A DNA stretch of 64,000 nucleotides from the NCBI GenBank assembly GCA_963795085.1, contig CAWCFX010000002.1, positions 256,001-320,000 of the forward strand. The letters are read 5' to 3'. The number at the start of each line of letters is the position of its first letter. Within the stretch, counting starts at the first letter, position 1. The position numbers were made by a program, and so were the translations under genes. Shown here one piece after another: positions 19,601 to 28,408 of the stretch. This stretch comes from an uncultured Gemmatimonadales bacterium. GTDB lineage: Bacteria > Gemmatimonadota > Gemmatimonadetes > Gemmatimonadales > GWC2-71-9. A model generated the notes under the pieces. That model was given only the letters and a program-made list of their open reading frames with translations. It made no database searches and was not told the DNA's origin.

Positions 19601-22600
19601 GACCCAGTTCTCCATCGTGGCGCCGGGCGGCAGCCCCCGTACGTTGACGTTCTTCAACCTGCACTTCCAACTCCTGAGCACCGGCAACACCGGCCGCTAC
19701 ATCAATGTGAGCGCGCCCAGTGGCACGCTGATCGTGGATCTCCCGGGGGCCACCCCGGCGGGGGGCAACGGCCCGGCGTTCACCGCCACCTCGGGCGCGG
19801 TCACGGTGAACTGGCCGTCGGGTCCCTCCCCGGCCACCATCTGGACCGGTGCCGTCTCCACCGATTGGTCGGACCCGGCCAACTGGACTACCAACGCGGT
19901 CCCCACCTTCGTGGACAGCGTGGAAATTCCGGCGGGGGGTAACCAGCCGACGCTCACCGGGGCGTCCCAGGCCGGCATCCTCGTCCTGGCGAATGGGACC
20001 CTGACCATGAACGGGCAGTCGCTGGCCGTCGGAGGGAACTTCTATTCCACCGGCTCCGGGCGCCTGGTTATGACCAACCCGGCAGACGGCATCAGCATCG
20101 GCGGCAACGCGACCTTCGACGGGGCCAACCAGCTCGGCTTCCTGACCGACGGCGCCATGATCCTGCTGGGCGACCTCACCCAGCTCGCGACCAACAGCCC
20201 CGACAGCTACCACCCGTCCGGCACCCATGCCCTGTTCCTGGCGGGGACCGCGAACCAGACCATCACCTTTGCCACGCCCGGACTGGTCCCCGGCTCCTCC
20301 CACCTCCAGGAGGTGGTCTGGAACGCCTCGGCCCCGCTCACGCTGGGCAGCGATGTCTACGCCCATGGGAGCTTCTTGAAGGGCAACTCCACCAGCGAGA
20401 CCATCGCCGGCGCCGGCCGGTTGTTGTCGGTGGCCTCCTTCAGCAATGCACAGGGCACCATCACCTTCGATGGGGTCCGGCTGGAGGTGATCCAGCCGGC
20501 GGCGATCCCGATCGCCCTGGACGATCTCTCATTCATCAACCAGGCGCCGGACGTGGTGCAGCTGCGGATCGACCATCCCGGCCAGGGCTTCCCGTTCACC
20601 TTCAACGACCTCAGTTTCGGCACCGTGCCGACCACGGGACTGTATCTCCAGGCGACCGACCTGAACCCGACGGACGGCCAACCGCTGATGATCGACCTGG
20701 TCAATCCCTCGCCGGGCACCGATGGCGGCTTTATCCAGGCCCTGGGCGGCGCGGTGATCAACTGGCCTGCGGCGGGCGGCGGCGGTAGTGCAATCTGGAC
20801 CGGGGCAGTGGACGACAACTGGAACGATCCGGGGAACTGGCAGGGCGGCAATGTGCCCAACCCGGGCGACGATATCCTCCTTCCGGCCGGCATGCCGAAC
20901 TATCCCGGGCTGGCGAGCAACGAAGTGGTCGGTAACATGGTGGTGGAGCCGGGAGCGCTGTTGGATTTCGTGGATGCCACCCTGGAGGTCCAGGGCGACC
21001 TCACCGGCGGCGGTTCGATGACCAATGGCGGTCCTGAGATGACCGGCACCGGAGTCACCCTCGAGATGGCCGACCTGGGCAACCTTGTGATCAGCGGCTT
21101 CGTTACCCTCACTGCCGATCTCGTGGTGAGCGGAAACATCCTCATTCAGGGGGCGCCGGCTCACTTCGATATCAACGGGTTCGATCTGGGCGTAGGTAAT
21201 GATTTCGTCACCACGACCCTCGGAACCTTCCAGATGACCACCGGCGGCGGGAGCATTGATGTTGGGGGGAGTGCCGTGTTCGAAGGCGGCCCGGAGAATG
21301 GGCTGCTGACCCAGGGCACCCTGTCGGTCAAGGGCAACTTCACCCAGGGCAATTCGAGCAGCCCAAACAGCTTCCGGGCCAACGGGTTGGTGGTGGTGCT
21401 GGATGGAACCGCCCAGCAGACCGTCACCTTTTCCGACTCGCTGCTCAGCTTCTTCGATGACCTGGACCTGGACAATACCACCGGCGGCATCCTGATGGCC
21501 TCGCTGGTTCGCCTGAACGGGAACTTGGCCATCGCCGCCGGGGTGAACGTCACGGCGGTCGATGCAACCGCGAGTGGCGACGGGTTCGATGTTCTCGGCG
21601 GGGTGTTCGCGTCGAGCGGCAGCACGCTGGCGGTTGGCCGGCTCTATCTCGTGGGCAGTATGTCGATGGCCGGCACCTGGAATACGGCGTCGGTCATCTT
21701 CCAGGGCACCGGCCAGACGGCCCCGGTGCTGCCCTACAACCAGGTGTACGTACAGACGGGGGACGTGACCTTCGCCGGCGGGGCGGTGGGGATGAGCTCC
21801 CTGGTAGTCTCCTCGGGGGTTCTGAACCTCGGAGGCCGTACCACGGTCAACGGGGACGTCTTCGTGACCGGGGGCACCCTGAAACCGAACGGCCGCACCC
21901 TCGCCATCGTGGGAGCGCTGAATCTCCAGGCCACCGGCACCCTGACCATGCAGAACCCGTTGGACTCGGTCCTTGTGAACGGGTTTGCCGGGTTCGGCGG
22001 GGGAAGCACCGTCGGCCTGTTGACCAACGGAGTCATCCAGGTGGGCGGCAGCTTTACCCAGTCGTCCGGGACCAGTGCCACCAGTTTTGCCGCCAGCGGC
22101 AGCCACAAGACCATCGTGGGCGCCGGGGCCGTACGGGTGCTGAATTTCGCCACCCCGGGGAGCGGGGGCGCCGGTTCTCATTTCGGCAACCTCGACGTCA
22201 CCCTGGCGAGCGGCGGACTCACCCTGACCAATGACATCGTGGTGGACGGCACACTCATCGCCACGCCGACGGGCACGGCGCCTACGATTACCGGCGGGGT
22301 CAGCGCCCGCAAAGTGACGGCGATGGCGCTGGGGGTGTCCCGGGGCTCGGGTACCAGTCTGGTCTTCGACAATGCCCCACTGGTCGTCAACGAGCAGGGG
22401 ACCATCCGCTTCCAGACCTTTGACCGGGCCGCCTTCCAGGGCTTCCCCACCGGCGCCACCTCGGCGATCCTGATGGACCTGACCCTCGCCGGCACCAGTG
22501 TCACCCCGCGGCCACTCACCTTTACCGCCCCGACGGTGCAGACCTCGCTCGGCAGTGGGGGACTCTACGCCCGGCTGGTCAGCAGCAACGGGCCGCTGGC

Positions 22601-22706
22601 GGTCACGGTGACCATCAGCGGGTCCAACGATCCGACCGGCGGTCCGTCGCGGAGCAACCCGTCCTTCGGGAACACGGTGAACGGGGCCCGGATTGTGTGG
22701 CAATAG
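16689..22706 (+). CDS. Giant (2005 aa) repetitive surface lipoprotein / adhesin-like protein
   Basis: Lipobox LAT-C, Ig-like N-terminal domains (WSSSDTTVATV; GDNQGA...TDQAGRA), four WTGAVxxxWxxPxNW motifs, G/T/N/S-rich beta-helix-like repeats. Confidence 0.85.
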   Translation: MRSLRWASLSACLRIAAVCVLPFLLATCGEDNPSGPSGSPVVGRMEFVSGPILSGGFFGPNLPIDRVHVVIVRPPSTIVKDTSRAFNPNANQLRLDLPILLRAAAESLDVTLELLSGTTVLFSGTSRLEARSGPPSTTPPPAIPLVFIGPGSDLASLLLEPVDSTLTQGDSLSMRVSATDISQAPVPSFYVGWSSSDTTVATVNGAGVVRGRVPRGMVYIRARSPATLQAPTGVVESTTVSLTPAPASLLKTAGDNQGAPVNSLLPQLLEVEVRGSDNLPVAGVTVAFAALSPGAIVDSATATTDQAGRARTGATLGGTVGVQTFTATVAGLPVATFTATASSAPAPTWTGAVSTDWHTPANWNLGFVPASADSVTIPAGPANQPVVSVSNATTGALLNNGTITLSGSAAITAFGNVRGSGTITGGGNAVLAMPLAGTMLDLSSVPNVFISAAVTLGRTVNVTGQLNIGSSGSLAFANHTANVSSSFSTTGAATIVMTSPTDSLKVQGSVLFDGGNTLGLITSGVIFVRGDFTQGATTSARSYAPTGNHLVVLNGTSTQDIAFATPGAAGSNFETVVLANPSGNIHLLSDIFQAGPVAFAPGVPRIVHGNGHTLFTAELLANNATLDDLLVVANNVQITQFDSITFTNYSPSATPLTILHPGAATPFVFNNLVFTVTPTTGFYMSVTDNAADANTLTIEMVNPTPGAPGGLVQTAGGAVVNWPAVTPGARDWTGAVSTDWSNPANWNPALVPTGLDDVTITPATNQPVLTAASAANSVVISGLGASLTIGGRTLTVNSLITHTDGLLVMTNPADLVVVNGPATFQGGDQTGLLSAGELRVDGDFNQQQQTTNNSFVASGSHRTVLTGSILQGVRFCCSAGASGFRNLDLSGSAGINYQFSGNGVQVFDTLIAQVGAGPAPLLYALGNTLTAARLRVDKLIVDRGTLVLNEGGVPATQQFNNVTFQNYLTSQTQFSIVAPGGSPRTLTFFNLHFQLLSTGNTGRYINVSAPSGTLIVDLPGATPAGGNGPAFTATSGAVTVNWPSGPSPATIWTGAVSTDWSDPANWTTNAVPTFVDSVEIPAGGNQPTLTGASQAGILVLANGTLTMNGQSLAVGGNFYSTGSGRLVMTNPADGISIGGNATFDGANQLGFLTDGAMILLGDLTQLATNSPDSYHPSGTHALFLAGTANQTITFATPGLVPGSSHLQEVVWNASAPLTLGSDVYAHGSFLKGNSTSETIAGAGRLLSVASFSNAQGTITFDGVRLEVIQPAAIPIALDDLSFINQAPDVVQLRIDHPGQGFPFTFNDLSFGTVPTTGLYLQATDLNPTDGQPLMIDLVNPSPGTDGGFIQALGGAVINWPAAGGGGSAIWTGAVDDNWNDPGNWQGGNVPNPGDDILLPAGMPNYPGLASNEVVGNMVVEPGALLDFVDATLEVQGDLTGGGSMTNGGPEMTGTGVTLEMADLGNLVISGFVTLTADLVVSGNILIQGAPAHFDINGFDLGVGNDFVTTTLGTFQMTTGGGSIDVGGSAVFEGGPENGLLTQGTLSVKGNFTQGNSSSPNSFRANGLVVVLDGTAQQTVTFSDSLLSFFDDLDLDNTTGGILMASLVRLNGNLAIAAGVNVTAVDATASGDGFDVLGGVFASSGSTLAVGRLYLVGSMSMAGTWNTASVIFQGTGQTAPVLPYNQVYVQTGDVTFAGGAVGMSSLVVSSGVLNLGGRTTVNGDVFVTGGTLKPNGRTLAIVGALNLQATGTLTMQNPLDSVLVNGFAGFGGGSTVGLLTNGVIQVGGSFTQSSGTSATSFAASGSHKTIVGAGAVRVLNFATPGSGGAGSHFGNLDVTLASGGLTLTNDIVVDGTLIATPTGTAPTITGGVSARKVTAMALGVSRGSGTSLVFDNAPLVVNEQGTIRFQTFDRAAFQGFPTGATSAILMDLTLAGTSVTPRPLTFTAPTVQTSLGSGGLYARLVSSNGPLAVTVTISGSNDPTGGPSRSNPSFGNTVNGARIVWQ

Positions 22707-22708
22707 GA

Positions 22709-22742
22709 GTGAGAAGTGCGAGGTGAGATTGAAAGGTGAGAA
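22709..22742 (+). repeat. Degenerate GTGAGAR heptamer run after the adhesin stop
   Basis: GTGAGAA GTGCGAG GTGAGAT TGAAAG GTGAGAA. Confidence 0.7.
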
Positions 22743-22827
22743 CTCCCGCCGCGGCTGGTGATCCACGCCACGGAGCGGGAGAACCGTAGGAGCGACTCTT
22801 CCAGGGAACCTCAACCAGGAAGGGCCC

Positions 22828-23172
22828 ATGGCAGCCACGAAGTCCACCCGAAAGAAGTCCGCCCGTAAGAAATCCACGCGATCGACCTCCACCCGCAAGA
22901 AGTCCTCATCCGGTCGCCGTTACGGCAAGGCGGCATCCAAGCGGGTGGAAAGTGCCATGCGCCGCCGGAAGAAGGGCACCCTCCGCTCCGGGAAGGGCGG
23001 CAAGGGCGGCAAGGTGAAGAGCCGGAAGCAGGCCATCGCCATCGGCCTCTCGGAGGCCCGGAAGAAGGGCGCCAAGGTCCCCCGGAAAAAGGCAAGCAGC
23101 CGGAAATCCAGCGCCCGGAGCCGGGCCTCGTCCTCCCGGAAGAAGAGCTCGGGCCAGCGTTCCCCCCGGTAA
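22828..23172 (+). CDS. Small K/R/S-rich protein with DUF6496-like core
   Basis: KVKSRKQAIAIGLSEARKKGAKVPRKK core with basic low-complexity tails. AGGAAGG RBS. Confidence 0.8.
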   Translation: MAATKSTRKKSARKKSTRSTSTRKKSSSGRRYGKAASKRVESAMRRRKKGTLRSGKGGKGGKVKSRKQAIAIGLSEARKKGAKVPRKKASSRKSSARSRASSSRKKSSGQRSPR

Positions 23173-23191
23173 TCCGGGTCCCCTTGTCGAA

Positions 23192-23227
23192 TCCCCCGGC
23201 GCGATTAGCGTTGGGGGAGTCCTTTTT
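23192..23227 (+). terminator. Probable intrinsic terminator
   Basis: Stem TCCCCCGGCGC / GCGTTGGGGGA (G-U pairs) with a T5 run shortly after. Confidence 0.55.
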
Positions 23228-23242
23228 CCCGGATCCCGCGCG

Positions 23243-23416
23243 ATGACCAAAGCCGACGACAAGAAACTCCAGGCCCTGGCCCGGAAGAACGCCGCCAAGA
23301 TCGTGAAGCCCAAGGACGGGGTGACCCCCAAGTACGACGACACGCTCCGCATCAAAAAGGAAGAGGAAAAAGACGCCCGAGGCCTCTTCAAGGAAATGAA
23401 GAAGCGCGAGTTCTAG
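23243..23416 (+). CDS. Small 57-aa charged protein (absent from the ORF track)
   Basis: MTKADDKKLQALARKNAAKIVKPKDGVTPKYDDTLRIKKEEEKDARGLFKEMKKREF*, with strong G/C third-position bias. Confidence 0.75.
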   Translation: MTKADDKKLQALARKNAAKIVKPKDGVTPKYDDTLRIKKEEEKDARGLFKEMKKREF

Positions 23417-23422
23417 GCCCCC

Positions 23423-23449
23423 TTGGCACTCCCCCTCCCCGAGTGCTTG
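23423..23449 (+). promoter_or_regulatory. CIRCE (HrcA operator) 1
   Basis: TTGGCACTC-N9-GAGTGCTTG versus consensus TTAGCACTC-N9-GAGTGCTAA. Confidence 0.88.
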
Positions 23450-23474
23450 ACAGCAGCGATCCCCGCATTAGTTT
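23447..23474 (+). promoter_or_regulatory. Sigma70-type groESL promoter
   Basis: Perfect TTGACA (23447-52), 16-nt spacer, TAGTTT (23469-74). Confidence 0.7.
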
Positions 23475-23481
23475 TGGCCCA

Positions 23482-23508
23482 TTAGCACTCCACCCCTTGG
23501 AGTGCTTG
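23482..23508 (+). promoter_or_regulatory. CIRCE (HrcA operator) 2
   Basis: TTAGCACTC-N9-GAGTGCTTG. Confidence 0.92.
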
Positions 23509-23561
23509 TACTCGCAAATCATTTATCAACAATCACTTACTGCTCTGGTAGGAGGTCGCAC

Positions 23562-25606
<2,045 letters not shown>

Positions 25607-25620
25607 TCCATTACCGCGAG

Positions 25621-25659
25621 AACCCCTCTCCACGTTCAGTGGAGGGGGGTTTTTCGTTT
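25621..25659 (+). terminator. groEL intrinsic terminator
   Basis: AACCCCTCTCCAC-GTTCA-GTGGAGGGGGGTT followed by a T-rich tail. Confidence 0.85.
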
Positions 25660-25682
25660 CTCACCGGTATACTTTCCTCCCA

Positions 25683-26528
25683 ATGAACCTTCCCGGGGGC
25701 TGGACCCTCCCCGCACGTGCCGCACGCCAGGCGCTCACCCTCCTCGGGCGGGCCGCCGGCCGCCCCGACCTCGGCCACGTGCTGCCCGATTTCCTCGTCC
25801 TCGGCGCCATGAAGGCCGGCACCACCACCCTCTTCGCCGCCCTCACCGCGCACCCCCACGTGATCCGCTCCCGCCGCCGGGAGATCCACTTCTTCGGCAG
25901 CCGGTTCCACCGGGGCGTCGCCTGGTACCGCCGCCACTTTCCTACCGGGTGGGAGCTTCGCCGCTACGGCGCCATCACGGGCGAAGGCTCCACCTCCTAC
26001 CTTGCCAACCGGGACGCTCCGGAATGGATCCGGCAGGTCGTCCCCGGGGCAAGAATGGTGGCCCTGCTGCGCGACCCGGTGGACCGGGCGATCTCCAACT
26101 ACTTCCATGAGCTGCGGACCGGCCGGGAGACCCGGCCCATCGAAGCGGCACTCGGGTCCGGCCCGGAACGGGCCCTCGCGGCGGGGAGCGAGGACGACCG
26201 CATGGATATCTTCAGCTACCGCCGGCGCGGCCACTATGCCGAGCAACTGGAGCGCTACCGGGCGGTGTTTCCCGCCGGCCAGCTGCTGGTACTGCGAAGC
26301 GAGTCGCTCTTCGCCGAGCCCGCGGGGGTCATCGGACAGGTGGCGGCGTTCCTCCGCGTGGATCCGGCGCTGCTGCCTGCCCACACGCCACCCCAGAACC
26401 TGGGCGGCTATGACCCGGCACAGGTCCCCGCCGGCATCTTCGAACGGCTGGCCAGGTACTTTGCCCCCCACAACGAGCGGCTGTACCAGGTAGTCGGGGC
26501 CGACTGGGGTTGGCGTCGCCCGGGATGA
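25683..26528 (+). CDS. PAPS-dependent sulfotransferase
   Basis: 5'-PSB loop PDFLVLGAMKAGTTTL and 3'-PB motif LRDPVDRAISNY. Confidence 0.88.
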   Translation: MNLPGGWTLPARAARQALTLLGRAAGRPDLGHVLPDFLVLGAMKAGTTTLFAALTAHPHVIRSRRREIHFFGSRFHRGVAWYRRHFPTGWELRRYGAITGEGSTSYLANRDAPEWIRQVVPGARMVALLRDPVDRAISNYFHELRTGRETRPIEAALGSGPERALAAGSEDDRMDIFSYRRRGHYAEQLERYRAVFPAGQLLVLRSESLFAEPAGVIGQVAAFLRVDPALLPAHTPPQNLGGYDPAQVPAGIFERLARYFAPHNERLYQVVGADWGWRRPG

Positions 26529-26566
26529 CCTTATTTTCCGGGTTCATCAAGGGAGGCGGGACAACC

Positions 26567-26956
26567 GTGAGAGTTCTGAGCATGATTCTGTTCGCGCTGG
26601 GTGCCGTCGCGGCGCCGGCTGCGGCCCAGCGCGCGGCCCCCGGCGTCATCGGGACCTGGACATTCGACCTCCGCCAGGGCGGTAAGCCGGAGGGCCCCCG
26701 TACGGTGATCGTGCGCGAGGACTCCAGCGCCAGCTACGGCGAAGAAACGGTGCGCTGGCGGATCCAGGGCGACAGCCTCTGGCTGGCGGTGGGCGGGGAA
26801 TGGATGGTCTATGGGTTCCGGGTTCGCGGCAAGCGCCTCACTCTGTCCGGCGGCGACCTGCCGGACCCGATCACGTTCGACAAGACCGGCCCGCCCACGC
26901 CACGGCCGGCCAATGTCCCCGTCCCGAGGGATCCAGGAAAACGGAGTGTTTTCTAA
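26567..26956 (+). CDS. Small exported beta-rich protein
   Basis: GGGAGG RBS, signal peptide ending APAAA-Q, IGTW motif. Confidence 0.7.
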   Translation: MRVLSMILFALGAVAAPAAAQRAAPGVIGTWTFDLRQGGKPEGPRTVIVREDSSASYGEETVRWRIQGDSLWLAVGGEWMVYGFRVRGKRLTLSGGDLPDPITFDKTGPPTPRPANVPVPRDPGKRSVF

Positions 26957-27013
26957 CCTCCCATGGTGTTCTCCGCTCGCCGCCCCACAATTCACCTTTC
27001 TCCGGAGCCGTGT

Positions 27014-27406
27014 ATGAGAATCCCGATGGTGCTCTTGAGCCTCGTCATGGTGGCCGTTGTGCTCGCCTGCAGCAAGGGCGACAAGGGTGAAGTCGCCGGT
27101 GGAAATCACGGTAACGACGCCGGCACCGCCTCGACAGATGGAGACGTGGCGGACTTTGTCGCCGCCTGCACCGCATCGAGCAATCTCCCTGGCCCGACCT
27201 GCGAGTGTGCCGGCCGTAAAGCGAAGGCGCAGCTCTCCGCCAAGGGCTACGAGTTCCTGGTGGCCAGCCTGCGGAATGATGCAGAACGGACCACCCAGCT
27301 GCGGGGAGAATTGACGGTCGAGGAAGCCATGACTGCAGGGACGTTCATGGTGCGGGGACCCGCCGAATGTGCCCGGGAACGGGCCGGAACCCCCGACTCG
27401 ATGTAG
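27014..27406 (+). CDS. Small Cys-containing lipoprotein
   Basis: Lipobox VLA-C; mature region has C...CxC...C. Confidence 0.7.
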   Translation: MRIPMVLLSLVMVAVVLACSKGDKGEVAGGNHGNDAGTASTDGDVADFVAACTASSNLPGPTCECAGRKAKAQLSAKGYEFLVASLRNDAERTTQLRGELTVEEAMTAGTFMVRGPAECARERAGTPDSM

Positions 27407-27444
27407 CCCCCGTCGCCTTCGAGACTCTCAGCAGACAGGCACGC

Positions 27445-28362
27445 ATGACGTTCGGCCGGCTCAAACAGCAGGAAGGCCTCTGGACCCGCCTCAAGAAACT
27501 GGCGCTCACCGACGTGGGCGCGCTGGTGCGGAAGCTCAACGCCGCCGACCTCGAGGCGATGGAGCGGCTGCTCATCGAGTCCGACTTCGGGGTTCCCGCC
27601 ACCCTCGACCTGGTCGAAGCGCTGGAAAGCGAATGGCGCCGGGGGAAGCTCAAGAACGAAGGCGACCTTCGGGCCGCGATGATAGACCGGATCACCGCAT
27701 TGCTGGCCGCTCCCGGAGAGCCGGGGGCAATCGCACGTGCCGCCAGCGGGCCGACGGTGGTGCTCGTGGTCGGGGTGAACGGCACCGGCAAGACCACCTC
27801 AGTCGCCAAGCTGGCCCACCGCCTGACCCGGGAAGGTCGCCGAATCATTCTCGCCGCCGCCGACACCTACCGGGCCGGCGCCATAGCCCAGCTGGAGACC
27901 TGGGCCGGCCGGCTCAAATTGCCGGTGGTCTCCGGCGCCTCGGGCGGGGACCCGGCGGCGGTGGCCTTCGACGCACTGGAAGCCGCCACCGCCCGCGGCG
28001 CCGACACGGTCCTGATCGATACCGCGGGGCGGCTCCACACCCAGGAGGGCCTGATGGAAGAACTGGCCAAGGTCAACCGGGTCATCGCCCGGCGGGCGCC
28101 GGGCGCGCCGCACGAGACGCTGCTGGTGCTGGACGGGACGGTCGGCCAGAACGCGGTGCAACAGGGCAAGCTCTTCGCCCAGGCGGTCACCCCCACCGGG
28201 CTCATCGTCACCAAGCTTGATGGCACGGCGCGGGGCGGGGCCGTGGTGGCGCTCCGGCGGGAGCTGGCGTTGCCGGTACGCTTCATCGGGACTGGAGAGG
28301 GGCTCGACGACCTGCGGCCCTTCGACGCCCGGGCCTTCGCGGAAGGGTTGCTGGACTCGTGA
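27445..28362 (+). CDS. ftsY: SRP receptor FtsY (NG domain only)
   Basis: GVNGTGKTT, DTYRAGA, DTAGR, TKLDGTARGG. Confidence 0.96.
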   Translation: MTFGRLKQQEGLWTRLKKLALTDVGALVRKLNAADLEAMERLLIESDFGVPATLDLVEALESEWRRGKLKNEGDLRAAMIDRITALLAAPGEPGAIARAASGPTVVLVVGVNGTGKTTSVAKLAHRLTREGRRIILAAADTYRAGAIAQLETWAGRLKLPVVSGASGGDPAAVAFDALEAATARGADTVLIDTAGRLHTQEGLMEELAKVNRVIARRAPGAPHETLLVLDGTVGQNAVQQGKLFAQAVTPTGLIVTKLDGTARGGAVVALRRELALPVRFIGTGEGLDDLRPFDARAFAEGLLDS

Positions 28363-28408
28363 TGCGGCCGGCAGGGAGGTTGCGCGGGATCCAGGCCACC
28401 GTGATGTC

